A DNA stretch of 64,000 nt. It comes from a bacterium (GTDB lineage Bacteria > Patescibacteriota > Minisyncoccia > Phycocordibacterales > VMGT01). The stretch's first letter is position 1. The number at the start of each line of letters is the position of its first letter. Location of the stretch: assembly GCA_030697645.1 (NCBI GenBank), contig JAUYPI010000018.1:10457-74456 (forward strand). Direction: 5' to 3'. This document shows, piece by piece, positions 39,122 to 49,517 of this stretch. The notes below the pieces were generated by a model. That model had not been told where the DNA came from. It was given only the letters and a program-made list of their open reading frames with translations, and did no database searches. The position numbers were made by a program, and so were the translations under genes.

Positions 39122-39155
39122 GATGGTCGTGTTGGCGAATGTGCCTCGCGGGATT

Positions 39156-39833
39156 TTATTCCTTAAAACGGTAGCCAGTTCCCCTGACCGTTTCAATAAT
39201 TTCCGCAGTGTCTCCTTTGTTCGCAAGCTTCTTGCGGAGTTTTTTAACATACACGTCGACTACATTGCTAAAGCCATCGAAATAAAAATCCCAGACGTTC
39301 GTTATGATCTCTTCCCGATTCAGCGCTCGGCCGGGATTGCGCATCAGGTATTCAAGCAGCGCAAACTCCCGAAGCGTCAGAGCGAGCAGCACGTCCTCTT
39401 TTTTTGCAACCCGTGCCGCGGGGTCGAGCTCGATACCGTGTGCGCTTAATTTAGTCGGCAGCGTTTTCTGCGGCCGCCGCATAAGCGCCTGAATACGCGC
39501 ACAGAGCTCGGCGAATGAAAACGGTTTCAGGACATAGTCATCTGCACCTGCGTTCAGAGCTTCAACCTTCTTGTCAATCTCGTGGCGGGCGGTGAGCACC
39601 AAAAACGGCATCAACACTCCCGCCTCTCTCGCCTCGCGACATATGGCTATACCGTCAAGCGAGGGGAGCATCAAGTCAACTATCGCCAGGTCATACTCAT
39701 TGCGGTAGAGCAAGATACGACGGAGGGCTTTATGTCCGTCATCTAATATATCTACCGCATAGCCCATCTTCGTAAGTCCTTTTTCGAGGCTCTGGGCGAG
39801 CTTCTCTTCGTCTTCAATGAGTAGTATTCGCAT
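39156..39833 (-). CDS. OmpR-family response regulator
   Basis: LIEDE, DLMLP, GADDY..KPF, ETVRGTGY. Confidence 0.95.
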   Translation of the reverse strand: MRILLIEDEEKLAQSLEKGLTKMGYAVDILDDGHKALRRILLYRNEYDLAIVDLMLPSLDGIAICREAREAGVLMPFLVLTARHEIDKKVEALNAGADDYVLKPFSFAELCARIQALMRRPQKTLPTKLSAHGIELDPAARVAKKEDVLLALTLREFALLEYLMRNPGRALNREEIITNVWDFYFDGFSNVVDVYVKKLRKKLANKGDTAEIIETVRGTGYRFKE

Positions 39834-39984
39834 ACGAGAATATATACTGGTTAAAGCGAGTAGGTAGGTATTCTGCGCTGCTCACGCGTCGTCTCAGAAA
39901 TCGTCTCTACAGTTCAGTATACTACTCGTACATGAATTTTTCATGAACGGGCGTCCACCGATGCGAGAGACGGGTTTTCGAGCG

Positions 39985-41616
39985 CTATTCGTCGATCGGC
40001 GTCGCACGAGGGGTTGTCGCTCTAATTGGGGTTACCGAGACGGAATCAACCACAAGCTCGCTTTTGTCTACCTCAGGGTCCCAGATCTTTATACCGATGC
40101 CACCTTGAGACAGCTCGGGCTCGAGAAATTCGCTTGCCACGAGCACCTCGTCGTTCATGCTACAGGAGACGACTCTGCCTTCCACACGAATACCGACGCT
40201 AAAGGTGCCCTCCGGGATCAAAAACGAAGGACGCCGCTCGCCCTTTATGACACGCCGCTCCCCCTCAAGCGTCTCTTCGACGTGCGCAAACCCATTGCCG
40301 AAATTGCAAGCGGCATTGTTGTCTTTGTCCTTAAAACGCGCCCAGAGGAGCACTCCGGTGCGGGGCTCTGATGCGACGAGTGCCCTGAATTCATAATCAC
40401 CCCAATGACCGGTTCCATCAAGCAAAGCGGCGCTGCCGGTTTCCCCGGGGGAATTCACCATTTTCAATACTCCGTTTTCGAGGGCGTGCTCACCCCACAT
40501 CGAGAACCAGTCAAGAGTATTCGTTTCGAATATATCGCGATACGGCAAGTCTTTTCCGTACCCGCTCTCGAGTACCGCGAGCAGGTCTTTTCCGTCCCAG
40601 AGAGAAGATACCTCGATGCGCTTTACCATAAACGACTCATGGTGCGGATCAGGATAATTCTGCGAGAGCCCTTCGCCCCTAAAAGTCTGGTAGAACACGG
40701 TATCATAGACAGCGTGCGCTCTGTCGCGTAAAACGACTGACGGTTCAAGGCCTGAATCCAACTGCCCGAAATCTCCAAAGGGGAATGCAAACGTGTGCAC
40801 CGGCAGGCCATAAACTGCCTCAAGTCTCTCCCGCGAGACTCTGAGATCCTCGCCGATGCGCGCGCGGTACTCCTCGAGAGTCTCCGTGCGGTCCTCCTCG
40901 GCGAGCCAGAGCGGGTGCGCGAGGTACGAGCCGGTATTCCCCTCTCTGTCTATAGCGACTGAGGCGTCGTGTCCGTCCTGGCCATGAGAGCCGATCTCCC
41001 ACCTGCCGCTCGCGAGCATCGAGGCAATTTCGCCTTCTGAGAGATAATAACTGCTGCCTTCTCTGGTTGAATACTTGGGAAGTATGAAGTTGACCGCTCT
41101 AAACCCGAGAATCTGGAGCACAGGATCGACGGGGTAAAAGCTCTCTTTTGGACCGTCGTCGAAGGTGAGGAGAAATGAGCGCGCCGGAAGTCGCTTGGTG
41201 CCGTCAAGGAAGGCCGCTGCGTCTCTAAGCGTCACCGTGTGCCACCCGGCACGCTTCAGTATAAACATCTGCTCCGCAAACAGCGCTCGCGTCACCTTGT
41301 GCCCGTTTGGCTCACGTGTCAGGGCGTGGTATATCAGGACCGGAAGAGCCTCGGTGGGCGGGGATTCATGTCTGTAGCGCACCGCGCTGATACCGGCAAT
41401 GGCAGCCGCGAGCGACGTACCCCCGCCGAGCGCCCACCGGCTCGAGTAGTTCGCCAGGAAAACATACCGCTCACCGATGCGCTTGAGCGCGTAGGTAAAC
41501 GGCATACTGCCAAACCGGGCTTCTTTAACCGCGAGGGTACCCGCGACACACCCCATCAGCATGATTATGATGGCGGCGAGCACACATATTTTTCTTAAAG
41601 AGATGTCGGCGTGCAT
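39985..41616 (-). CDS. Polysaccharide deacetylase (PgaB/IcaB-like) with C-terminal beta domain
   Basis: VLIYH, LTFDDG, EIGSH..DGH, FAFPFG. Confidence 0.85.
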   Translation of the reverse strand: MHADISLRKICVLAAIIIMLMGCVAGTLAVKEARFGSMPFTYALKRIGERYVFLANYSSRWALGGGTSLAAAIAGISAVRYRHESPPTEALPVLIYHALTREPNGHKVTRALFAEQMFILKRAGWHTVTLRDAAAFLDGTKRLPARSFLLTFDDGPKESFYPVDPVLQILGFRAVNFILPKYSTREGSSYYLSEGEIASMLASGRWEIGSHGQDGHDASVAIDREGNTGSYLAHPLWLAEEDRTETLEEYRARIGEDLRVSRERLEAVYGLPVHTFAFPFGDFGQLDSGLEPSVVLRDRAHAVYDTVFYQTFRGEGLSQNYPDPHHESFMVKRIEVSSLWDGKDLLAVLESGYGKDLPYRDIFETNTLDWFSMWGEHALENGVLKMVNSPGETGSAALLDGTGHWGDYEFRALVASEPRTGVLLWARFKDKDNNAACNFGNGFAHVEETLEGERRVIKGERRPSFLIPEGTFSVGIRVEGRVVSCSMNDEVLVASEFLEPELSQGGIGIKIWDPEVDKSELVVDSVSVTPIRATTPRATPIDE

Positions 41617-41672
41617 GAAGATAAAGAACGTGAATTACGAAACTGCCCTTTCGTCATTAGAAAAAAGGGGAT

Positions 41673-42986
41673 TTACCGCGTTCCCCACCGGGAGTCATTC
41701 AGGGTGAAGATGGCCCACGGCAGCTGCCATATCAGCACGACCGTATTGATCCAAAAATATAAAACCGCCATAATCCATGCCCGCGGCCCTGCTTTCAGCC
41801 GATAATACGCGCCGTGGAGAAGCAACATGCAAAAAAGACCGAACAGGTAGGCGATCGGCAGTGCCCTCGTCGAGAGCGGCAGCCAGAGAACCGCTCGAAA
41901 GAAGACAATCGGCGAGACAAAAGCAAGAAAGACGTAACAGTAGAACGAGAGCGCGGCAATCGGATTTTTTCTCCACACGAACGAGCTGGCGATGAACGTT
42001 TCCCGCACCCATGATTTTTTCCAGCGCTGCTGCTGCCGCAGGTACTTCTTAAACGTATCGGGAACAACGGTGTGCGCCTTTGCCTCCGGAGAATAAACGG
42101 CTTTCCAACGCCGAATCACGAAGTTGGTCAGACTGCGGTCATCGCCAAACGTGCACTCGGTGCCTAAAAATTTTTGGTGCAGCCATTCCTCAATCACCGG
42201 CATGATATAGGCCCTCCGGTATGCGCTGCAGCAGCCGGGGCAACAGGTAACCATCCCGAAGACTGATTCCGCGGCCTTGTATACCGCGAAAGAAATATAA
42301 TAACGGACGGACTGCATTTGCGTCAGGAGATTCGTCTCCCGATTATAGACATCCGTGTGCCCCGACACGGCTCCCACAGCGCGATTCGAAAAATATTTCA
42401 CGAGGTGTTTGACGCAGTCCGGTTCAATGAAGCTGTCGGAGTCGATAAAGATGACGATCTCATTCAACGCGCGTTTGACGCCTTCGGCCATCCCGTGCCG
42501 TTTGCCACGATTTTTTTTCCAATCAATAACCTCAACGCGCTTGATGAACGGCTCGATCAGGCGCTCGACTTCGAGCATTTTTTCGAGCGTCCCGTCCGTC
42601 GAGCCGTCATTGATCGCGATCACTTCGATCTTCTCGTGCGGATAATTCACCTCCGCAAACCGCCATATCGTCTGCGCAATATTGTCTTCTTCGTTCTTTG
42701 CAGGTACGACAAAAGTAACGGACGGTTCATAATTCTTGTCGTACGGCAGAGAACGCTGAAAGTATGCAAGCAAAAACCGAGAGAGAATATAGACGGTGAT
42801 AAGGATGCTATAGGTCCCAAAAAGTATATTGTCGGTAATCGAAGACGCGGTCAGGGCCTTGAGCAGCAAGATGACATATATGGTAAAAAAGAAAAGAAAC
42901 CAAGCGCCGAGGTCGCCAAAAACCCCCCGGACAGAGCCAGGATAGCGAAATACATGCCGCTGCTGTGGGAGGGCGTTTCGAGGCAT
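41673..42986 (-). CDS. Processive GT2 synthase (hyaluronan synthase/NodC-like)
   Basis: DGSTD, FIDSD, CCPGCCSAYR, GDDRSLTN, QQQRWKKS, WGTR. Confidence 0.88.
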   Translation of the reverse strand: MPRNALPQQRHVFRYPGSVRGVFGDLGAWFLFFFTIYVILLLKALTASSITDNILFGTYSILITVYILSRFLLAYFQRSLPYDKNYEPSVTFVVPAKNEEDNIAQTIWRFAEVNYPHEKIEVIAINDGSTDGTLEKMLEVERLIEPFIKRVEVIDWKKNRGKRHGMAEGVKRALNEIVIFIDSDSFIEPDCVKHLVKYFSNRAVGAVSGHTDVYNRETNLLTQMQSVRYYISFAVYKAAESVFGMVTCCPGCCSAYRRAYIMPVIEEWLHQKFLGTECTFGDDRSLTNFVIRRWKAVYSPEAKAHTVVPDTFKKYLRQQQRWKKSWVRETFIASSFVWRKNPIAALSFYCYVFLAFVSPIVFFRAVLWLPLSTRALPIAYLFGLFCMLLLHGAYYRLKAGPRAWIMAVLYFWINTVVLIWQLPWAIFTLNDSRWGTR

Positions 42987-43078
42987 GTGCCTCACCCTAG
43001 CAACAGGAGCATTAAAAAAAGATGAATGAATCTTCCCCCAGGAAATGTAAGATTTCATGGGGCACGCCGACAACTAGT

Positions 43079-43588
43079 ATGAATCAGGATATCGAGGAAC
43101 AATTTTTGAAAGCACACGACGCATACGCCGATGCGCTCTTTCGCCATTGCTATTTCCGCGTCTACGACCGGGAGCTCGCGAAGGATTTGACCCAGGAGAC
43201 ATTCTGCAGAACGTGGACGTATCTTGCCGAAGGCAAAGAGATCGGCAACATCCGCGCCTTTCTCTACCGCGTCCTCCACCACGTCATTGTCGATGAAATA
43301 AGACGGAAAAAGTCGATCTCGCTCGATCGGCTTATAGAAAAGGGATTCTCGCCGCAGGACGAATCCTTTTTAGAGGGCGAGGATCAGCGCCGTGTCGTCA
43401 CCGAGCTTCTGCAGAAATTAAGCCGCCTTGATGAACCGTATCGAGATGCGGTCCGCATGCGATTTGTTGACGAGCTGTCTCCCAAAGAAATAGCCTCGAT
43501 TCTCGGCGTATCGGAAAACGTCGTATCGGTACGTATACACCGGGGGACGAAAAAACTGCGGCACTTACTACACGCAGAACAAGCATGA
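43079..43588 (+). CDS. ECF RNA polymerase sigma factor
   Basis: DLTQETF, AFLYR, EIASILGVSENVVSVRIHRG. Confidence 0.92.
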   Translation: MNQDIEEQFLKAHDAYADALFRHCYFRVYDRELAKDLTQETFCRTWTYLAEGKEIGNIRAFLYRVLHHVIVDEIRRKKSISLDRLIEKGFSPQDESFLEGEDQRRVVTELLQKLSRLDEPYRDAVRMRFVDELSPKEIASILGVSENVVSVRIHRGTKKLRHLLHAEQA

Positions 43589-43608
43589 TCCTTTCCTATC
43601 TCACTCGT

Positions 43609-44838
43609 ATGGACAACGATCTACAAAACATTTTTAATACAGCACAGCACGTACGCCTCTCATCTGTGGAAAAAGCAGAGATGCGGGCGGGCTTGGTGTT
43701 GTTCACGGAAAAACACCCGGTAAGAAACATCGCGGTCGCCCGACAACTCATGAGAGAAAGGTCGAAACCCGATATTCTCGCGTTTGCGGAAATGTCGGCA
43801 TTACAATCATTGCTAAGCAGATTACAACCTATGTTTATAGCTTTACTTATTGCACTCCTCGTAGGAGGAGGCACGTCGTTTGCGGCGGGGAGCGCCCTTC
43901 CCGGCGATGTCTTGTACCCGGTCAAGATCGGCGTCAATGAAGAGGTCGGCAGTTTCCTCGCGTTTTCCGACGAAGCGCAAGCCCGCTTCGATGCGAGAAG
44001 GGCGGAGAATAGGCTCGAGGAGGCGGAAAAGCTCGCCGCCAAAGGACGATTAGATGCCGAGGCAAGTGCTCAAATAGAATCTCGCTTCGAGAGTCACACC
44101 AAAGCATTCGAAGAGGGTGTCGCGGCGGTAGCGGCAAAGAAAAATAGTCCATCATCGTTTGAAATGCATTCAAACTTTGAAGCGTCGCTCGGTGCTCACG
44201 AACAAGTTCTGGCTCGGCTCGCCCTCGAGCGCTCAGAGGCTCGTCTCGTGCTGGAACCTCTCTTGATTAGCGTACGTACGCGGCTCGAAGCAACAGAGAG
44301 AGCGAGGGTCAGCGCCGAGACGGATGTCAGAGCACAAGCGAACGGCGAGTTCAAAACCGCGGCAGAAGGTAAGATGCGCGCTGCAGAAAACAAAATCCGC
44401 GAAGTTCGCAGCTTTCTCGAGAGAAAGAAAGCGTCCATCAGCGCAGGCGCATACGCAGCGGCCGAAGCACGGCTCGGTGTTGCAGCAGACGTCATTGCCC
44501 GAGGAAAAGCAGAAATGGAGGCCGAAACATACGGCAGTGCATTTGCGAGCTTGCAGGAGGCAATCCGTATTGCCCAGGAGGTACAGGTGCTCACGGCAGT
44601 GGAAGATCGCATCGACATTGAAATCGAGGTGCCGGGGATCGATCTAAAAATAAAAACCGGCGACGCCTTAGAGGATGAGGCACGAGTGGAAGGAGCGGGA
44701 GAAGCCGAAGAGGGTGCCACACAAGGAACATCGTCAAGGGCTTTCATTGAGCTGGAATCGGAAACAAAACTGGAATCGGAAACTGATTCTAAAAAAATTG
44801 AAGGAGAAGGTAAGATAAAAATCGATGTTGGGTTGTAA
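43609..44838 (+). CDS. Putative anti-sigma factor (TM + DUF5667-like helical domain)
   Basis: ALPGDVLYPVK..NE motif; follows the ECF sigma. Confidence 0.75.
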   Translation: MDNDLQNIFNTAQHVRLSSVEKAEMRAGLVLFTEKHPVRNIAVARQLMRERSKPDILAFAEMSALQSLLSRLQPMFIALLIALLVGGGTSFAAGSALPGDVLYPVKIGVNEEVGSFLAFSDEAQARFDARRAENRLEEAEKLAAKGRLDAEASAQIESRFESHTKAFEEGVAAVAAKKNSPSSFEMHSNFEASLGAHEQVLARLALERSEARLVLEPLLISVRTRLEATERARVSAETDVRAQANGEFKTAAEGKMRAAENKIREVRSFLERKKASISAGAYAAAEARLGVAADVIARGKAEMEAETYGSAFASLQEAIRIAQEVQVLTAVEDRIDIEIEVPGIDLKIKTGDALEDEARVEGAGEAEEGATQGTSSRAFIELESETKLESETDSKKIEGEGKIKIDVGL

Positions 44839-45081
44839 CCATCTCCGCTGTTGCGCTACCTTGCTGCACCACGAAGCTATGCGTTGGATTTCCAAAGAGC
44901 TCGAAGCGAAACATTCCCCCATCTCCACCACCAAGCGCACACCGCACATCACGAACCGCGCAGCAAGCTGCGCGGTTCGTGATGTGCGGACGGTTCCGAG
45001 AAACTTTTCGTCCGCACTCTTTGTTTTCTTAAATGTCGCGACACAAAAACAGTTCTCCTATACTGCATGGAGGTTTGAGAG

Positions 45082-45858
45082 GTGATTCTAGTCTGCTCTG
45101 ATTCAGACGGCGTTCTCAAAGATGGCAAGAAGCCGGTGCCACTAGAAATCATTCGAGCAATCGACACTGCCCGCGCGCGGCTCGATATCATGTTCGTCAG
45201 AATCACCGGCGCCCCCGTTGCCCACCTCTCTGACGGCCTCAAAGCTGATCGCGCTTTTGGCGAAGCCGGTGGCGTGGAACTATTGCCCGATGGTGCTGTC
45301 GCCGTAGCACGCTATGCCGAGAGGGCAGTCAGAGCTCTACGCACGCTAAAACAGGGTCTCGACGTCAGAGCCGAAGATGGAATCGTCGGCAGTCCATACG
45401 GCACGTTTGGCCTTGAGGGCGTACGGCATACATCCCTGACACTTTTTTTTGGAGAGCATGCGCTCTACCCCGGCCAGTCCACAACAGCAGAGCCTGAGCA
45501 CGTCGCAGCATGGATTCAAAATCACATTAGAAGGCTGGACTTGCCGCTCTATATGAGAGCTGGCAGAAGTGGCACGTACACGTATCTTGATATCGGCCAC
45601 CCGCAGGTCATGAAAAAAGAACGTGTGGTCAGGGTGATTTTGAGAAGCACATCCCATGAACGAGCCTATTATCTGGGCGACTCGGGGAATGATGCGGGTG
45701 CCATGCGTTTGAGAGGGATAATTCCGGTAACGTTTGCAAACGGTACCGCTGACATCCAAAGAATCGTCAAGAAAAGAAAGGGGTTAAAAATAGAAAAGCC
45801 TGGTCCGTACGGCGGTGTCGAAGAATTCTTTGCCCGCCTCAGTACAGGAGGTCTATAG
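45082..45858 (+). CDS. HAD-superfamily hydrolase
   Basis: DSDGVL, ITG, GDSGND. Confidence 0.75.
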   Translation: MILVCSDSDGVLKDGKKPVPLEIIRAIDTARARLDIMFVRITGAPVAHLSDGLKADRAFGEAGGVELLPDGAVAVARYAERAVRALRTLKQGLDVRAEDGIVGSPYGTFGLEGVRHTSLTLFFGEHALYPGQSTTAEPEHVAAWIQNHIRRLDLPLYMRAGRSGTYTYLDIGHPQVMKKERVVRVILRSTSHERAYYLGDSGNDAGAMRLRGIIPVTFANGTADIQRIVKKRKGLKIEKPGPYGGVEEFFARLSTGGL

Positions 45859-45905
45859 CTCATAGTGTGGGGAGGTACTCGTACCTCCCCATTACCTTTG
45901 GTTGG

Positions 45906-46838
45906 TTATTGCCTCCCCCGCGCAAACACTGCTGCTGCGGCGCCTAAAAGCCCGGCATCGTCGCCAAGCGGCGTTCGTTGAATCTTTGGCAACGCAAGGT
46001 AGCGATCTGCATATTTCTTTATCCCCGCAAGAATAGTGGGGTTCTGGAGTGCCACCGACCCTCCGAGCGTGATTATTTCGGGATCGTACGCAACGATACA
46101 ATTAGAGATTGCGCGTCCGTTAATCCTATGCAGCTCTTCGAGAAAACGGCGTGAAAGACTCTCGCCCGCGCGAGCTCTCTCGAACAAATCCTTGGAGTCG
46201 GTCGGCTCAAAGTCAGTTCTACATCCATTGGCTTTCGTCCACGCTTCGAAAAATCTCGGGATGTTCCGTCCGGACGCATAGCCCTCCCAATGCCCGGCTC
46301 CCGTGCCGCAGGTACAGGGAAGATTAAGAGCGGTGTCAATGACCATGTGGCCCACTTCAGCCGCGTTGCCGCTTCTCCCGAGCACAAGTCTCCCATCAAC
46401 GAGCGCCCCAGCGCCAATGCCGGTTGAGATTGTTATATACAGAATGTTCTTGCGCCGTCGGCCTGCACCAAACCGCTGCTCCCCCAAAACCGCAGCATTA
46501 CAGTCGTTCAATAATACAACGGGCAGGTTGAATCTTTTTGAGAGCGGGGCCACCAGTGGCACAAAAGCAAATGGAATGTTGGGCGAGGAGAGCGGGCCTC
46601 CGCGCCTGTAATCGAGGGGGCCCATTGAAGATACACCGACGCCGAGAATGGGGATGCGTCTGTGCTTCGACGCGACTGACTCGAGCATCGCCGCAATTTT
46701 TTGAGGAATAACACCAGGTGTTTTTCCGTGCCGCGGCGTGTTAACTTTTAGTCTCTCAATAATCCGCCCGTCGGAGCATATAAGCCCGACCCGAACGTTC
46801 GTTGCCCCGAGATCAACCGCAAACGCATACGTTTTCAT
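45906..46838 (-). CDS. ROK-family sugar kinase
   Basis: DLGAT, NDCNAA, STGIG, EVGH, CTCG. Confidence 0.92.
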   Translation of the reverse strand: MKTYAFAVDLGATNVRVGLICSDGRIIERLKVNTPRHGKTPGVIPQKIAAMLESVASKHRRIPILGVGVSSMGPLDYRRGGPLSSPNIPFAFVPLVAPLSKRFNLPVVLLNDCNAAVLGEQRFGAGRRRKNILYITISTGIGAGALVDGRLVLGRSGNAAEVGHMVIDTALNLPCTCGTGAGHWEGYASGRNIPRFFEAWTKANGCRTDFEPTDSKDLFERARAGESLSRRFLEELHRINGRAISNCIVAYDPEIITLGGSVALQNPTILAGIKKYADRYLALPKIQRTPLGDDAGLLGAAAAVFARGRQ

Positions 46839-47041
46839 GGCACTGATTGCAACGACATTCAGTCCTTAGAAGATACAAACTGTCCTGGGCCGCACGGGCG
46901 TCTCTCTCTGGCCGAGCGGAGATGATTTATCGGGGGGACATAGTGAGGGGCATTTTGTGCCTTCCACAAAATGGTTATCCCCAGCTCATCGCTGCTATCT
47001 TACAGGTTACCATGTGATAAATTTAAGTCACCAGTGATGCT

Positions 47042-47377
47042 ATGCCCAAAGGTAAACCAATTTCAGGTGGAGGTGGTGGTATGCCTGCCGACGATGCATA
47101 CATGACGAAACGTGGCTGGGACAAGGGTCTCAGGCGTGATATTGCAGCGCTTCCGCGTCGAGATCGTGCACGCATTGAAGCCATGAAAGACGCAGGACAA
47201 TTGCTCGATTCGGACTATGCACGAGGCGGCGTATTCGGTCCAATAAAACGTGATGTTATCACCGGAAAAGAAGCAAAAACATTTATAGAGGGTATAGAGA
47301 AAAATCGCGCAACGTTGGGGTTGTCAGGGCGGTCAGTCGACGCTCTTAAAAATGCTTTTAAAAAACGAATGAGGTAG
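47042..47377 (+). CDS. Hypothetical protein
   Basis: ORF with an upstream promoter-like sequence. Confidence 0.55.
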   Translation: MPKGKPISGGGGGMPADDAYMTKRGWDKGLRRDIAALPRRDRARIEAMKDAGQLLDSDYARGGVFGPIKRDVITGKEAKTFIEGIEKNRATLGLSGRSVDALKNAFKKRMR

Positions 47378-47478
47378 TGGAGAAGTAAGCGTTTTCTGCT
47401 CGCGTGGGGCTCGATAAAGCGCAAAGTTAATTACAGCACCAAACAAAACCGTCCTGTCTGAAGCAGGACGGTTTTGTT

Positions 47479-47565
47479 TGGTGCCCAGGAGAGGATTTGA
47501 ACCTCCACGGGATTGCTCCCATACGCCCCTCAAGCGTACGCGTAAACCAGTTCCGCCACCTGGGC
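47479..47565 (-). tRNA. tRNA-Leu(GAG)
   Basis: GCCCAGG/CCTGGGC acceptor, TACGC-TTGAGGG-GCGTA, encoded CCA. Confidence 0.93.
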
Positions 47566-48234
47566 ATTTTTATTGTGGGTCTCATTTATGGAAAATATTT
47601 TTTGCGCTTTGACGAATTTTCTTTCTAGACAAGGAAGGCCTGTCGCATAGTACATGCGTTCAAAAAGAGCGAGGGATTCTCTTTTGGCGTATCGCAGTTG
47701 TAACACGCGCGAACCCTGACCTATTCGACCCCGTACGCCCACTAACCTCCGCGAGGTTTGTTGCAACCACTCTAAAAATGGGCGGCTTGCCGACACAAAC
47801 GAAAGATAAAACACGTAGCTGCTATGCCAACGTGGATCCCAATATGCATAGATGCTGCCGTCCCCATCAAAACATCCACGCAAAAAATCAAAAAAGAACT
47901 GGTCTGGAACCGCGAGCGCGCCGATGGTCTTGGATTTATTGGGGGTTAACCCAATGCCCTGCAACCAATGATAAAAACTAACATCTCCGAATTGAACCTT
48001 GTAATACTCCTTTTGATCCCCGCGACCACTATAACCCGTTCCTATTTTAATCCTTTGCAGCCCAAGAATATTTTTGAACGTTTCAAGCTGGTCCTTGTCT
48101 TTTGATACAAGAATTATATGTCGACCGCTTTTTGACAGGCTGCCGTCTGTTGCGATCAGGCCAACAGCGTAGGCCATTTTTTCTGACCACTCAATCGAAG
48201 ACGGATCGCGAGGTTTTGGCCCTCTCTTTCCCAT
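47530..48234 (-). CDS. LAGLIDADG homing endonuclease-like protein overlapping tRNA-Leu
   Basis: AYAVGLIATDGSL and FLRGCFDGDGSI motifs. Confidence 0.88.
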   Translation of the reverse strand: MGKRGPKPRDPSSIEWSEKMAYAVGLIATDGSLSKSGRHIILVSKDKDQLETFKNILGLQRIKIGTGYSGRGDQKEYYKVQFGDVSFYHWLQGIGLTPNKSKTIGALAVPDQFFFDFLRGCFDGDGSIYAYWDPRWHSSYVFYLSFVSASRPFLEWLQQTSRRLVGVRGRIGQGSRVLQLRYAKRESLALFERMYYATGLPCLERKFVKAQKIFSINETHNKNAQVAELVYAYA

Positions 48235-48305
48235 CACTCTAGTATACCCTGTATACCAATTAGTAGACAACCCAACAGCAAAGAAAGGGAAGCAGTGCGG
48301 ACCCG

Positions 48306-48737
48306 TTACCCGGCAACAACATTACTACCCTCCTGTTGGTCGCTCACCTCGACCGGCTTCGGTGTATCGTCCTCCGTCGTCCGGTATTCGAGCCTGCTGC
48401 GGCGGAGCTGGCGGCGCGCTTCTCTCGCCGCTCTCTCGCGGATGTAGCCAAGCTTCGCGCGGCGCACCTTCGCGCGCTTCACAATCTCGATTTTGGCGAT
48501 GACCGGCGAGTGGAGGGGAAAAATGCGCTCGACGCCGACGCCGCTTGCGACGCGCCGCACTGTAAATGTCGCGCCGATCTCACTCCCATGCCGCACGCCG
48601 AGCACGAGCCCCTCGAAGAGCTGCACCCGCGTCTTGCCCTTTTCTTGTATTTTCTGCGAGACGCGCACCGTGTCCCCGGGCCGAATGCCGAGCTTAGCGC
48701 GCGCTGCCCTATTCACCGGCGTAAAAACAATTGCCAT
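48306..48737 (-). CDS. rplS: 50S ribosomal protein L19
   Basis: [31 protein letters not shown]. Confidence 0.96.
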   Translation of the reverse strand: MAIVFTPVNRAARAKLGIRPGDTVRVSQKIQEKGKTRVQLFEGLVLGVRHGSEIGATFTVRRVASGVGVERIFPLHSPVIAKIEIVKRAKVRRAKLGYIRERAAREARRQLRRSRLEYRTTEDDTPKPVEVSDQQEGSNVVAG

Positions 48738-48778
48738 TAGACAAGACGATACCATGACGTCTCGCGGGGCGCAATGCA

Positions 48779-49513
48779 CTATGACGCCCGCATGCCGTCG
48801 AGTAGTACGAGCGCCCGCTCGAAATCCTCCGGCAGTGGCGCCTCGAGTGTGAGACGCACGAGAGAGGGCATAACGAGCGAGAGTTGCCGTGCATGGAGCG
48901 CAAGGCGCGTGAAGCCGAGCGCGCAGGCTCGGGCGGATGCGTACCGACGGTCACACACAACGGGGTGCCCAATTGCCTTGAAATGAACACGGATCTGATG
49001 CGTCCGGCCAGTCTTCGGCCGCACCTCGAGAAAAGAAAAGCCCCCCGCAGTCTCAAGCACGCGATACTCGGTCAGTGCGTCGCGAAGTTTCCCGCGCGCC
49101 CCTCGCTCCGCAGAAAACTTTCTAAAATCGTTCCGACTCCGGCCGATTGAAGCCGTAATCGTGCCAGAATGCTCGTGCGGCACACCATAAAGAAACGCAT
49201 TATATGTCTTACTCACCTCGCGCGCTTGAAATGCGTGTTTCAAATACGCAAACATCTCCTGTGTTTTTGCGATAAGCACTACACCAGAGGTCTCCCGATC
49301 AAGTCGGTGCACGATCCCCGGGCGCGCGAGCACGCTTCCGTCGGCGAGCCGCATCGGCTCGCCGACCCCCTCGATCGCCGGATAATGCTCCGTGGCCCAG
49401 TCGGCAACCGTGCCGCCTGCTTCCTTATCGCTCGCATGTATCAAAACACCTGCTGGTTTATTGATACCTATGAGCACGTCATCTTCGTATATAACAGTAA
49501 TTGTTCCCGCCAT
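48779..49513 (-). CDS. RluA/RluD pseudouridine synthase
   Basis: [27 protein letters not shown]. Confidence 0.93.
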   Translation of the reverse strand: MAGTITVIYEDDVLIGINKPAGVLIHASDKEAGGTVADWATEHYPAIEGVGEPMRLADGSVLARPGIVHRLDRETSGVVLIAKTQEMFAYLKHAFQAREVSKTYNAFLYGVPHEHSGTITASIGRSRNDFRKFSAERGARGKLRDALTEYRVLETAGGFSFLEVRPKTGRTHQIRVHFKAIGHPVVCDRRYASARACALGFTRLALHARQLSLVMPSLVRLTLEAPLPEDFERALVLLDGMRAS

Positions 49514-49517
49514 GTAG

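Noticed and set aside
43045-43078. Autoregulatory ECF promoter TGTAAG...
   Set aside because: No convincing second instance with matching spacing in the window.
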